A stretch of 64,000 nucleotides of DNA from Octopus bimaculoides (taxonomy: Eukaryota): positions 98,884,345-98,948,344 of the forward strand of contig NC_068982.1 in the NCBI RefSeq assembly GCF_001194135.2, written 5' to 3'. A program made the position numbers and the translations under genes. The notes under the pieces are model-generated. The model saw only the letters and a program-made list of their open reading frames with translations, made no database searches and was not told the origin of the DNA. Position 1 is the first letter of the stretch, and every line of letters starts with the position of its first letter. Below are positions 26,342-39,617 of the stretch, one piece after another.

Positions 26342-29300
26342 AACTGCTTGATATGAAATAAGTCAGCAACTCCAAATAAGCACAACCAAAATGACTGTGC
26401 CAAGATGTCTCATACCCAGTTTATTAGTATCAGGTGGTTTATTAGTATCAGGTGGTTTATTAGTATTAAAGTCAGTGAAAATTGTAAATGTTGAAGGATG
26501 ATTTTATAAATTCTATTTTAGTAAGACCTTAACCTTCAAATATACAAAAGAAATATCTAATGCTTTTAGCAGATAAAATTACATTTTATTCAGTATGAAA
26601 GAACCTAATGACAAAAGTAAGGAATATTTATGCCCACTGAAGCATGGATGTTCTGCTAGAACAAATTATACTGTAATAGATAGCATGAGAGAAACTCTCA
26701 TATTTGCTTTTGGTGCAAAATGCACTCTTATTTATATTGCTAGCAGGGAGATAAACCCCTGCCACTTCCAGTGCCAAGACCACCAGATCGCGTGATTTCG
26801 ACCTTCTTTGATCTCATCAATGATGGATGCTTGACTGCTAAGAGATGGCAACGGCTCATCTCCCTGCCAGCAATATATAGAAAAACAGTGCCAGAACAGG
26901 CACTGGTGTCACATTTAGCCAGTGAGCTTGTTAAAAAATATATATTAGCAACAGAGGCAGTACTAATAAAGAGAGGTAATATTTATGCCCACTTAAAGGT
27001 GGATGTTCTGTTAGAACGAATTATAGTAAGGAATTTGACAATAAGGAAATGGATAAGAAAGCAGGCATGGAAATCAGTAAAAAAAAATAATAATCAAAAT
27101 AGAAGCATGCTCACTCTCTTGATTATACATTGCCCCAAGGGAAATTGGTGCTTACCTCTAAAAATTTTTGAGACACCCAGAGCACTCATGGCGTTTCATG
27201 GGTAATTATGAGGCTGAGGCAATAGAACAGCTTGATATTTCAGTGAGGTAGGTGACTAACAAAATCAAAAACTTCTTTGCAGCAGTGTAGCACCTCTAAT
27301 GTCTCAATACTCACAGGCTGAAAAATGTGGACAGATTATGGAATTACAGTGTCTTATTCTATTCAATTGTGGATGTTGTAACTCCCACCATGCTCCTGTT
27401 ACAGTATTTAAGATCATTATTGCAGAGCAAATGAATCACTACTGATTCATTTGCAGAGCAAATGAATCCCATGTGAAGCTTCTTCCTCTAGCCCAAAGGC
27501 AAAGGATGAATCCTTCAGGCTTCTTCCCATCAAGACAAAACAGATTAGAAATTGACATCATCATCATCATCATCATCATCATCGTTTAACATCTGCTTTC
27601 CATGCTAGCATGGGTTGGACGATTTGACTGAGGACTGGTGAAACCGGATGGCTACACCAGGCTCCAATCTGATTTGGCAGAGTTTCTACAGCTGGATGCC
27701 CTTCTTAATGCCAACCACTCAGAGAGTGTAGTGGGTGCTTTTACGTGTCACCCGCACGAACGCCAGTCAGGCGGTACTGGCAATGGTCACGCTCAAAATG
27801 GTGTATTTTATGTGCCACCCGCACAAGAGCCAGTCCAGGGGCACTGGCAACGATCTCGCTCAAAAATAAAGAGATAATTTTTGTGAACATTGCATTTGCC
27901 TAAAATTCTATTTTGTTTCTAAATTTGGCTCAAGACTGGCAGTTTTGAGAAAATGGAGCGAGTAGATTACATCAACTTGACTGGTACTTTATTTTATTGA
28001 CCTTGAAAGGGTGAAAGGCAAAGTTGACGTCTGCAGGATTTGAATTCAACATAAAAGAAAAATAGCACTGAGTAATTTTGTCTGATGTTCTAACAATTCT
28101 GCCAGCTTGACATCTCTGCCATCTCTCCCTTGCTACCTTTCATTCATGGAATATTGTTTTTATATTTTGGACAATGCTGCTGCTGCTGCTGTTGCATCTT
28201 GATATATGAATATCCTAGACCAGGGGTTTTCAAACAGTGGTCCGCGGACCACAGGGGGTCCGTGGACTAGCAATTACTTTTTATGGGCAATTTGATTTTA
28301 TATATGTTTTTTAATCAAAATCTTTTAATTGGCAATAAACTTATTTGTTAAATACTGTTAAATAAATAAATGTAAAAATATATGTTATTTTAAGCAAATA
28401 TTTATGTATAAATTTCATAAGCGTTTATAAGGTAAAACCTGAAATATAAAGAGGTCCGCAAGTCAAAAAGTTTGAAAACCCCTGTCCTAGACCATATTCT
28501 CCCTCTCCTACCTTTAAATCACCCAACTTCTAGTCTGCAGATGTGCTGTCTCCTCATCTCATCACAGTCTTTTCACTACCACTACAATCACCTCTGCTCC
28601 TCAGAGTAATTTAGTTGCATTCCACTTTCACTCAAGCTCCCTTGACACACTTGCCTTTCTCCTCTAATCTTTTGTACTGTGTTCCCTCCCTTGGCCCTAT
28701 ACTCACTTCTCTCAGTCCTTTTTTTACCAAGCATCAACCGACTAAAATTCCATTCTTTCTCATGTTTTCCCCGAAGTTACATGTTTGCAGTTGTTGTTAT
28801 ATTGTCTTGGAGAATCTGTGAAAGTTTTACCTTGATTAAACATTAAAAGAAAAAAAGAAAACAAAGCAAAAAACAAAAAGAAGAAAGAGACTCTCATAAT
28901 TCTCACATTAGTGAAAATAGATTTACTCAAAAGCTGGATTAATCACCAATCACATTTCAACTTCAGTTCCACCATCCATCAGGTCACGCCACTTTAATGC
29001 TATGAATGTTGAGATCATTATGAACAGTTGCCAGTACCGCCTGACTGGCCTTCGTGCAGGTGGCACGTAAAAACACCCACTACACTCTCAGGGTGGTTGA
29101 TGTTAGGAAGGGCATCCAGCTGTAGAAACTCTGCCAAATCAGATTGGAGCCTGGTGTAGCCACCTGGTCCACCAGTCCTCAGTCAAATCGTCCAACCCAT
29201 GCTAGCATGGAAAGCGGATGTTAAACGATGATGAGTAAAACTGATATTTGCAATATGACGAAAAGTTAATTTAGGTTTTGAACAAAACTATTAGATCCTG

Positions 29301-32300
29301 CAACTTTGTATTGAGTTCTCACTTGTCTAATATTATTTTTATCATTTTATTCATGAAAATATTATCAACCTAAGATTAACCCTCACTTAGTATAAATAAG
29401 TGATTCTCTAATTCCAAACATTAAATCTACCATTAGTGAATCTATGGAACTTTAGTCAATGACATCATTATCAATACAACGAGAATAGAGATGTTTTTGG
29501 TAATTAGGCATAAATAGAACTAGAATGAATCATTTAGATTTCTGCTTGATTTAATACATGTTTCTTATAATCCTAATAATCTTCATTGTTGAGTCAATTC
29601 AAACATAATGATAAAAGAATATTGTAAACACCAGTTGTCTCATCAGTTTTTGTATCTCTTTTACTCTTTTATTTGTTTCAGTCTTTTGACTGTGGCCATG
29701 CTGGGGCACCGGCTTTAGTCGAGCAAATCAACCCCAGGACTTATTCTTTAGAAGCCTAGTACTTAATCTATCGGTCTCTTTTGTCGCACCGCTAAGTGAC
29801 GGGGACATAAACACACCAGCATCTGTTGTCAAGCGATGTTGGGGGGACAAACACATACACACAAACATACACACACATATACATACATACATATATACGA
29901 CAGGCTTCTTTCAGTTTCCGTCTACCAAATCCACTCACAAGGCTTTGGTCGGCCCGAGGCTATAGTAGAAGACACTTACCCAAGGTGCCACGCAGTGGAA
30001 CTGAACCCAGAACCATGTGGCTGGTAAGCAAGCTACTTACCACACAGCCACTCCTATGCCTATATCTGTTTAAAAATTCTTTACAAAAATAGCAAAAAAT
30101 ATTTAGGAAATCTATTTTCTGATGTCTAATAAAAAGCATAAGATGACAAAATGGCAGAATCATTAGTACATCAGACAAAATGCTCAGTGGTATTTCTTTA
30201 CATTTTGAGTTCAAATTCCATCAAGGTCATCTTTGCCTTTCATCCCTTTGGGACCAACAGAATGAAGTACCAGTCAAATACTGTAGTCAATGCAATTGAC
30301 TTGTCCCCCTCCACTCAAAATTGCTGGCCATCAGCCCTGCAACAGACTGGTGTCCCATTGAGTGGAATGTTGTGATCTCAGTCACTCATGTATGTCATGG
30401 AAACTGAGTAACCAGCTTTATGAGTTCTAGGGCTCAAGGAAAAAAACCCTAGTTGTATGTTACTGAAATAGATGTCAAATGCCTAAGGTTCTTTTGTAAG
30501 CAGAAGCTGAGAAATCTTTTGAGGAAATGTTTACTTTGTTACTTATTGTTTACTTTGTTACTTATTGTTTACTTTGTTTACTTATCTTACTTCAAATTCA
30601 GTTTGAGAGCTCAGTTTGTGGTCCCAGAAACTGATGTGAATTTGATCCATGGATCCGACACAGTAGCAGATGCTGAGAAAGAGATCAGTTTCTTCTTTCC
30701 ACGTGAAGAGACTGTTGCAGTTATTAAACCTGAAGCATTTGGCACTAAAGGTACATCATTAATACTCTCTGGGGACTATTACTGTAAAGTAGGGGCAAGA
30801 ATTTTATTGCAATTATATTGTTTCCATTATTGCTTTTAACTCTGCTCACAACTTTAAAGTTCAATTAATTACCTTTTATAAGTTTCAATCTGAGTTAATC
30901 CCACTCACCTTTACATAACACAGAGGAAACATGTATCTCTTCTATAGCAAAACACCTGTACCTGCCCCTCTGTCATACTTTAGACCCTCAAAATCTGGCA
31001 TAATGCCACCTCCCTCTTTACTACAATCCCGCTCAGTCATAGATCTTTTTTTTGTGTGTGTGTGTGTTTGCAAGTTACTTGGCGACCTTACTAGTGCCGG
31101 TGTTATGAGAATGCATCCAGCATACTCTGCAAAGTGGTTGGGGTTAGGAAGAGCATCCAACTGTGGAAACCATGTCAAAACTGACACTGGAGCTCATCAC
31201 AGTCCTCTGGCCCATTGGATCCTGTTAAACCATCCAACTCATGCCAGCCTGGAAAGCAGACATTAAATGATGATGATGATGATGATGAAGAGAATGACCA
31301 TAAGAGGATGAACCATGCAACTGAATATGTAGTTATTGCTTAGCCCCAAATTGGCTGCTTTAGCAGACTAATGATCAAATGCATTCTAGTCAAAACTATA
31401 ACATTTTTTCAGACACACTATGTCCTCCCATTGGTTATTTATTATTTTTTTTGAGATGGTAGGGTGTGATTTGAAGCTATTTCTAGCAAGTCAAGTGATG
31501 CTATAAAGAGCTGTTTAGTGACTGACAACAAACAGGTGAGATTGAAGCCATTAAAATATTACAAGTTGATGGATGCAAGAAAAATATGTGCAGAGAGGAA
31601 ATTCCAGGCCACAATCATTCTAAGAATGTAGGAATGGGGATATTGTATAGGGGCTGGTGGATTGGATACCATATAGGTGACAACTGAAGGAGAAATAAGT
31701 GAACTGAAAGTGCCTGAATATAAGTAATACAAGACCAGCATACTCTGAGGAGCAGAAGTCACTGTTGTAGTGGGAAAAAAAAGGTAGAGAAATGAAATAT
31801 TATATCTTTGAACTAGTGGTTGGAGTGTGTTTGTGAATGATTTCATGCCTACCTCTTGAATGGTTTTTCTTCGTATGTGGTCAAGGATGGCTGTTTGTGA
31901 GGCAGATATCAGTGCAGTTAACTAATGTAGATCTCACATAAGCTTTGTAGAGGTTTAGTGGCTGATAAAGGATAAAGTATTTTCTGGTTCTGAAAAGAAA
32001 GGTCACTCTTTAAGATACAGTCTTTGCTATGCTGAGGAGGAAAGGTTCAAAAATTTGCTGTGACCTTGTGTGTTCCAGGTGTGTGTTGTTCATGTTTAGT
32101 GGGGTGAGGTGTGATGTTTTCTTAATATGTTCAGTGATTGTGTTTTGTTGCTATTGAAGGAAACAATGTTGGCACAACTCCCCTGGAGGGTGTTTGAGGT
32201 ATCTGAACTACATGCGGATGTTTGATGTTTGAGTATAGAAAATTATAAAGATAAAGGGTGACGTCATCTATGTAGGAGTGGGCATTGTTGTAAGTGGCAA

Positions 32301-33067
32301 CAAGCAGGGCTGTAATGTCTGGGAATGAGGTGAACTGGAAGGAAAGGGCAGTGGCGTCAATGGCTGAGAGGCCTTGCCAGAAGAGGAAGAGGGATTGAAG
32401 ATGTGGGAGAAGTAGGAGCAACATGGGCCATTTTGGCCTCGGGCAGTGGCAGCGGGCAGATGCATGTAAACATGCAAGCTAGAAAGACAATTAGCGGTAG
32501 GTTCTAGTAGTAGGTCAGATAGTTAGGACATATCTCAGAGTTAACCCAGAGAAGTGAACCATACTTTGATTCACATATTACAGTTCTCTCTTATAACATA
32601 ATGTATATGAGTAAGACTATGGGGAACAAAACCAAGCCCTGGGGCATATCGAAGTTAAAATAATGTGTCAGTAGCAGCACCATTAGCACATGTCAAAATA
32701 GTTGTTCTGGCAAAGTGTCATAAATTCGAGAACCCATAGACAGGCAGTTTTGATAGGAGAGTTACGCATCTCAGATACAGTCAAAAGCTTTGCTGATGCT
32801 GAGGGTAACACTATGTTCATCAAATTTCTCAGGAGTGAAAGATTAACTAGTGAGTGATATGGAAGAGTAGGTCTCCAGTAGATATAGGTTCACAGAAGTT
32901 GTACAGGCAGTTATTTAGAAGAGAGACCGACAGAAGGAGCTGGAGAAGATTGAAATGGTTAATGATGATCTCCATCACTCTTGAGACATTGGAAGTGTGT
33001 GTTATAGGCCAGGAGTTGACAGGGTTAGAAAGGCTGCTCTTCTTTGGAAAGGGACACACATTCTCAG

Positions 33068-33141
<74 letters not shown>

Positions 33142-36100
33142 GAGAATTTGATGAGTATCTGGGCTATATTGTTTCAGGGTAATGCAATGGATAGTGTCAG
33201 GATTGGTGATTTAAAGTAATTGAGAGTACTTTCACATTTGGTATTGTGGTATGACGTCAGCGACTGGGGAGCTGATCGGAACCATGAACTGACCGGAACG
33301 GCGAGCTGACCGGAAGAGGAAGAAGGGCAGAGGGAGCCTCAATCGGGATTTCATGCCCTTTTCGAAAGGGGTTGTTGTGAGGAGAGGATGTGCCAAGCGA
33401 TCGTCTAGGTGTTGGGAGAAGCAGCTGCTATTTCTAGTGTTCTTCGGGTCGGGTGAGCCGCGAGGATCAGATACCGCAGGACAGACTTGTACTTGGAAGG
33501 AAAACCGAGGTAAGCCGATTACATTTACTCGCACGCATACACCACAGGTATTTGTGTGCATGGTAATGAGCCTGGTAAACTGGCCCGAGAAGGGATAACT
33601 TTGGAGCAGACTTACCTAGCGAGAAGAGTGTGGAGTTGGAGGCAAAGTAGGTTGTGAATGTGGAGATATTTTCACAGAATCATTATAGGAGTACTGCTTA
33701 GAGACTTATTCTGGTTGAGAAGTGGAGAAAAAGGGATTTCCTCAAAGTTGGTGGAGATCCCCTTCTGAAAAAGGATGAAAAATACTAGATACAGTTTGAG
33801 AAGAAAGAGAATTTGATGATTGTGAAACATGGAGTTATCCTTCACAGTTTAGATGATGGACTTGCAAGAATGTAGTGTTGAATAAAAAGTCATCCAGTTT
33901 GTAGGGAAGGATGTGATTAGCAAAGTAAACCCAATGATTTAGTCTTCAACAACATGATGGAGATAATAATTAAAGTAAGATATTTAAATTGATTCTATCA
34001 ACCAATTCATAACTAACAAAAATTGTTTTCATGCCTTGTCAAAGAAATTCTTTATTAAAAACATACATGGTGTTAGAATAATTACTAGATCATTCCTGCT
34101 AAAGATATATTTGAGAAATAAGATATATGGCATCTGAAATAGTGTTTGATCAAAGCTGATAGAATTTTAACAGTTTACTAAAAATGTCAAGGTTTAGTAA
34201 ATAAATGTCTTCTTTAAAACATTAATTTCATTGTTGTTTTATTGATTGATTTTCTCTTATTCAGGGGAAATTATGACTAAAATAGAAGAAGCAGGATTCA
34301 AGATCACAGCCAGCAAAGAGTTAGTTTTAACTGAAGATATTATAAATAAAATGTACAGGAAAGAGCAACCTTATTATGAAGATCTAAAAAGATATTTAAT
34401 GACGTATGTATCCTGTCTTCTATAAATTATGAATACCTTGTAGAGTTTATTTTTCTTCTGGAATTGGTACTTTTCTCTGTCTGAAAATTAATAATCAAAC
34501 ATCTTTTCTGCTTTCAAAAGAAACTAAAATATATTTCAATATATGAACATATTTATTAATTAACTGAAAAATGTTTTTTCTTAAACAGAGCTCGTTAATA
34601 TTAATTAGAGATATATAGATCATAACTGTCATGTAGACTGACACAAAATGTAAGTGGCTACTAGATAAATATGATCAGGACATTTCAACAAGATATATTG
34701 TTGTGAATTGACACAGTTTTAAAATATTAACTTGATAGTTCAAATCTTTAGCTGTCAATTAGGTAATTGAATAAAAACAATGTTAAGTATTCATTTTGAA
34801 CACTTAAATGACCTGCTGACAATAATGCTTTTTCTACAGACTCTAAGACTATTTTCATTCATATATTTGATAAGAGAACTCTTTACCGAAATTTAATAGT
34901 AGGATTAAACAACCTATCTATAGTAATACTATAACTTCTCTTTGTTTTTATTTATTGGCATTGCCTTACATATTTTACCCAACTTCTCATCTGCATTGCT
35001 TAAAGGTCTTAAAATATTATATCATTCTTTTTTTGTTATTGTTGTTGTATTCAGCTGACCAATTCATTGGCACCTTTTTTGGACTAGATGCCCAAACAAC
35101 AGTATACCTGTTATATCCTCGTCATTATCTAGTGACTGAGTCAACTACCTATAAGAATACACAAACTAATCTTGTTACTCACTCTGTCGACTGTAACAAT
35201 TTGTGATATATAGAGCACTACACTGAGGTAGTGAACTGGCAGAGTTCTTAGCACACAAGGCAAAATGCTTAGTGGCATTTTGTCTGCTTTTACAATCAGA
35301 GTTCAAATTTCACTGAAGCTGACTTTGCCTTTCATCCTTTTGGGGTTGATAAAATAAGTACCAGTTGAGTACTGGGATCAATGTAATTGACTTACCCCTC
35401 CCTCAAACTTGCTGGCCTTGTGTCAAAATTTGAAACCAATATGTAGCATTACAGTATCATTTCTTAGTGTCTCTGGTTCTATAATTCTGTGATTTACTAG
35501 CCAGATGTACTAAAACTGCAACGGGTGACATGGAAATGTCAGTTAACATAAATATACATTTTGTCAAGAAATATGTAATTGACAAAAATATGTTATTTGT
35601 AATCTATTAGATTGAAGTTACTCAACAGCTTGATCAGTGACCAACAACTATGCAGCTACTGTGGTAACATGCCACAGCATATTAAAAAAAATCCCTAAAA
35701 AAAAAACCACAGCCCATCATATGCGATTGTTTGGTCGTAAAAAATTTATTAAGAGAATGAATAAAAACAGAGAAGACCCATCCACCACAGTAGAAGTATT
35801 TAGGCCACTCCCCCTGGTGAAGAGAATTGGCCTGCGTGAACCCTCTGCTGTTGCCACGCAAAAGGCACTCATGCCAATGCCATGAAAAAGCACTTGTGTG
35901 GTGCAATGTGAAAAGCACCCAGCACACACTGTAAAGTGGCTGGTGTTAGGAAGGGCATCCAACCATAGAAAAACCAATCCAAATCAAACTAGACCTTTGT
36001 GCAGCTCTTCAGCTAGCCAATTCATTCAACCCATTCCATCATGGAAAACAGATGTTAAAGGATGATGATGATATTGAATGTCAAACTGAACGAATGGTTG

Positions 36101-39100
36101 ATGTAATATCAGGTTGAGTAAAAAGTAAGCAGTGTTTTGAACCACGAGGAATTTGTACCAGATTTTTGCAGAGTTTTGAATTTTTTTAAACAATTTTTGA
36201 AATTGTCTGATAATACAGACATAGAATTGCCCAAATGCATCAATAAATTAAGGTTGATATTTTTTTCACTGTTGTTACAATAATCTGAAATGAAACTGTT
36301 AAAGCGCGATATTCAAGTAATTTTGCTATTCAACTTCAAAAAAGGATGCAAAGCAGCTGGAATGGCTCGTGATATCAATGAAACGTTTGGTGAGGAAATG
36401 AGGAAATGAGTGGTCAGCTTGAAAATGGTTTTAACAATTTCTCAATGAAGACCCAAACCTTGGAGATTGCGAGCGTGGTGGACACTCATTTGTCATCAAT
36501 GACCATCAAATACAGACTGTCATGTAAAGCCACTTGAAAACTGGGAAAAGAATTTCAAGTTAGCCAGAAAACTGCCTGCAGCTATTTGCATGTAATTGGA
36601 AAATCAAAAACCTTGACAAATGGGTACCACATGATTTGAATGAAAATCAGAAAATGTGCAGATATGGAATTTGCTCATCACTTCTTCTCCATAACCAGAC
36701 CGATCCATCTCTTGACCGTATTGTAATTTGCGATGAAAAGTGGACTCTGTACAATAATAAAAAACGTTCTTCACAGTGCTTGGACCAAAATAAAGCACCA
36801 AAAAACTTCCCTAAACTCGAGCTCTTCAAAAAGGTTATGGTGTCTGTTTGGTGGTGTACTGTTGGACTCATCCACTGTAACTTCTTAAAACCTGGAAAAA
36901 ACCATTACTGCAGAAACATATTGCCATGAAATTGCCAAAATGAAAGTAAAACTGCTACTCCTCCATCCCAGATTGGTCAACAGAAGAGGGCCATTCATTC
37001 TTCATGACAATGCTGGAACACATGTTTCACTACTGACGCTCCAGAAGTTGAGGGAACTTGGTTACTAAGTTCTTCCCCACCCAGCTTATTCCCCAGACCT
37101 TTCTCCTACTGCCTACCACTTTTTCAAGCACCTTGCTGGTTTCCTGTGAGAGAATTGATGCTGAAAATGTATTCATAGAGTTCATCAGCTGCAGAACTCC
37201 AGATTTTTATGTTACCGGAATAAGCGAACTTGTAACTCGTTGGTGAAAATGTGTTGATTGTAATGGTACTTAGTTTGATTAATAAAACTTCCGCATTGTT
37301 GAAATATATTGTGATGAATTTCCTGTTTCAAAACGTTGCTTACTTTTTACTCAGCCTTACAGTTTGTTGGTTCACATTTTCAACTCCAAACATATTTTCA
37401 GCCTCAAACATAAGTTGTGAAGTGAGACACTTAAAAACAATAATCCGTGGTTTTCTTTTTTTATAGGATAGATAGATATCAGAAGGGCATCTAATTGTTC
37501 CAATAAATCTGAAAATGAGAAAGACAGTTCAGATCCTCACACATATATATCAACAAACAATAGTTGTGCTGTATAAAACTGTCACATAAATGAAACGTAG
37601 ATTTACCACTAAAAACAATATGCATTTGTCCTAGTTGAAGTTTTCTTCTGTTCTTTTATATTTGCTGCATAGAAAACCTGATGAGTAAAATATAGTACAA
37701 TATAGCATGGCATAGCATGGCATAGCATAGCATAGCATAGCATAGCATAGCATAGCATAATATAGTACAATATAGCATAGCATATTGGTATAGTAATAGT
37801 TGAATGATAATTTATTTGATGAGTATTAGACCACTGAAATGAGTAAGAAGGATTAGTCAAATAAATCAACATCAGTGCTTGGCTGGTACTTTATTTTATT
37901 GGCATTTGGAATCAGAACATGAAGAGCTGGAATAAATATTACAAGGCATTTTGTCCAGTGCTCCAATAATTTTTGGCAGATCCTCTGAGTCTGATCGGTT
38001 AGGATGAGAGAAGAAACCTGAACTTATAAGTTACTGCAGTAGGATGCAGGACATGAAGCTATCAATTCTTCCTCGGGCAAGAGACTCATCAAATTTTACA
38101 AAAGCAATATATTTTAACTCATGCTATGTAATATCATTAGACTTCAGCTGCAGAGGCACTGAAAGGAATCTCACAAGATTTAAACTGAAGAACTGCAAAG
38201 TATTTACCACAAGGTTTGCTCTGAAGCCCTTACTTTGGCAATACTAATTTTGTTTAGATATACCTAAAGTAAAGAAGGTTTGTTAGTCATATTATCACGA
38301 TGTTACAGAAATACTGTAATGTAGTAAATCTCTCTGTCTGTCTAACTTTGTTTTGTTAGTAAGCCAGTCTTGCAGTAAGGTCAGCAGTAATGTCTAATTT
38401 GTTTGTAACCCAGCTTGGATAGTTCTCAGATAGTTCTATCCTATGGTAGTCTTAACTGTTAAACTTCAGCCATCGAACTACGAATGGGAAGAATGCAGTG
38501 GTTTGTCAATCATAGTTTGTCACTTACTCTATCTTCAGTGGACCTTCAATGTTTATGGTTCTGACCCGAGAAGATGCTGTCTATGGATTTAGACAGTTAT
38601 TGGGACCTGTTGACCCACTAGAAGCCAAACAGATAGATCCAAATTTGTAAGTACTGTGTTTATAGTTGATTGTATTAACAAAATTGTATTTTAAATATTT
38701 ATTAGTGCAAGTTCCATTAGAATGTATGGTGTTACAAGTTGAAAAAAAAAAGAGTAGTGCCCATAGCTTTTGCACTTCTCTCCTGATATATGTTAGTCAG
38801 ATTAACTCTTGGTAAAATAAATACTTGTATGAGCCCTTTCTGTGATCCTTCAAAAAGGATAAAAATCTACAGGATCTACTGGAGAGTTCCCTTTCTCCCC
38901 TAGACACACCCATTCATATACTCTGACCTTGATTCTTGACTTGTCCCCTCATCTTCCATACAATTACTCTAATGGGCCACCAAAGTCTATGATCAACATC
39001 ATTTAGCTCTTTGGTTGTACTTCCCCTAATCAAACATACTGCATAATTTGCAGGGCTCTGTGATGCATTGTACATAGGTGAAAAAATGTATATGATTAAT

Positions 39101-39571
39101 TCCCTTCAATTGTCAAGCAGTTACCATCTATTTTTATTACAGTAATCCCTTGCCATATCAGGGTTCACTTATCACGGTTCACCTATTATGGTTTATTATT
39201 TAAGCTTATGTTGATTCCTCTGTGGTGTTGTTTTGCATTTATAATAAAAAAAAAATGCAGTACGGTACTGTTTCTACTGTGGATTTTCACCTATCACTGG
39301 GGGTGGTTTGGAATGTAACACCCATGATAGTCGAGGGATTACTGTATTTTTTTTTTACTTTATTTTAAATTACTAGAGTATTTGAAAATTATTTATAAAT
39401 TATCTCGTTTGCACCATTTATCATTTATTGTTAGGTACAGACATGGCCATATGGTTGAGAGGTTCAGTCCCCAACCATATGATTTTGGGTTCTGTTCCAT
39501 TGGATGGCACTATGGGCGAGTGTTTTTTATTATAGCCTTGTGAGTGGATTTGGTAGACAGAAAGAATCTTG

Positions 39572-39617
<46 letters not shown>

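Noticed and set aside
26771-27205. 144-aa ORF in intron 12
   Set aside because: No recognisable motif; built partly from a locally repeated segment; no phase-compatible role in the gene
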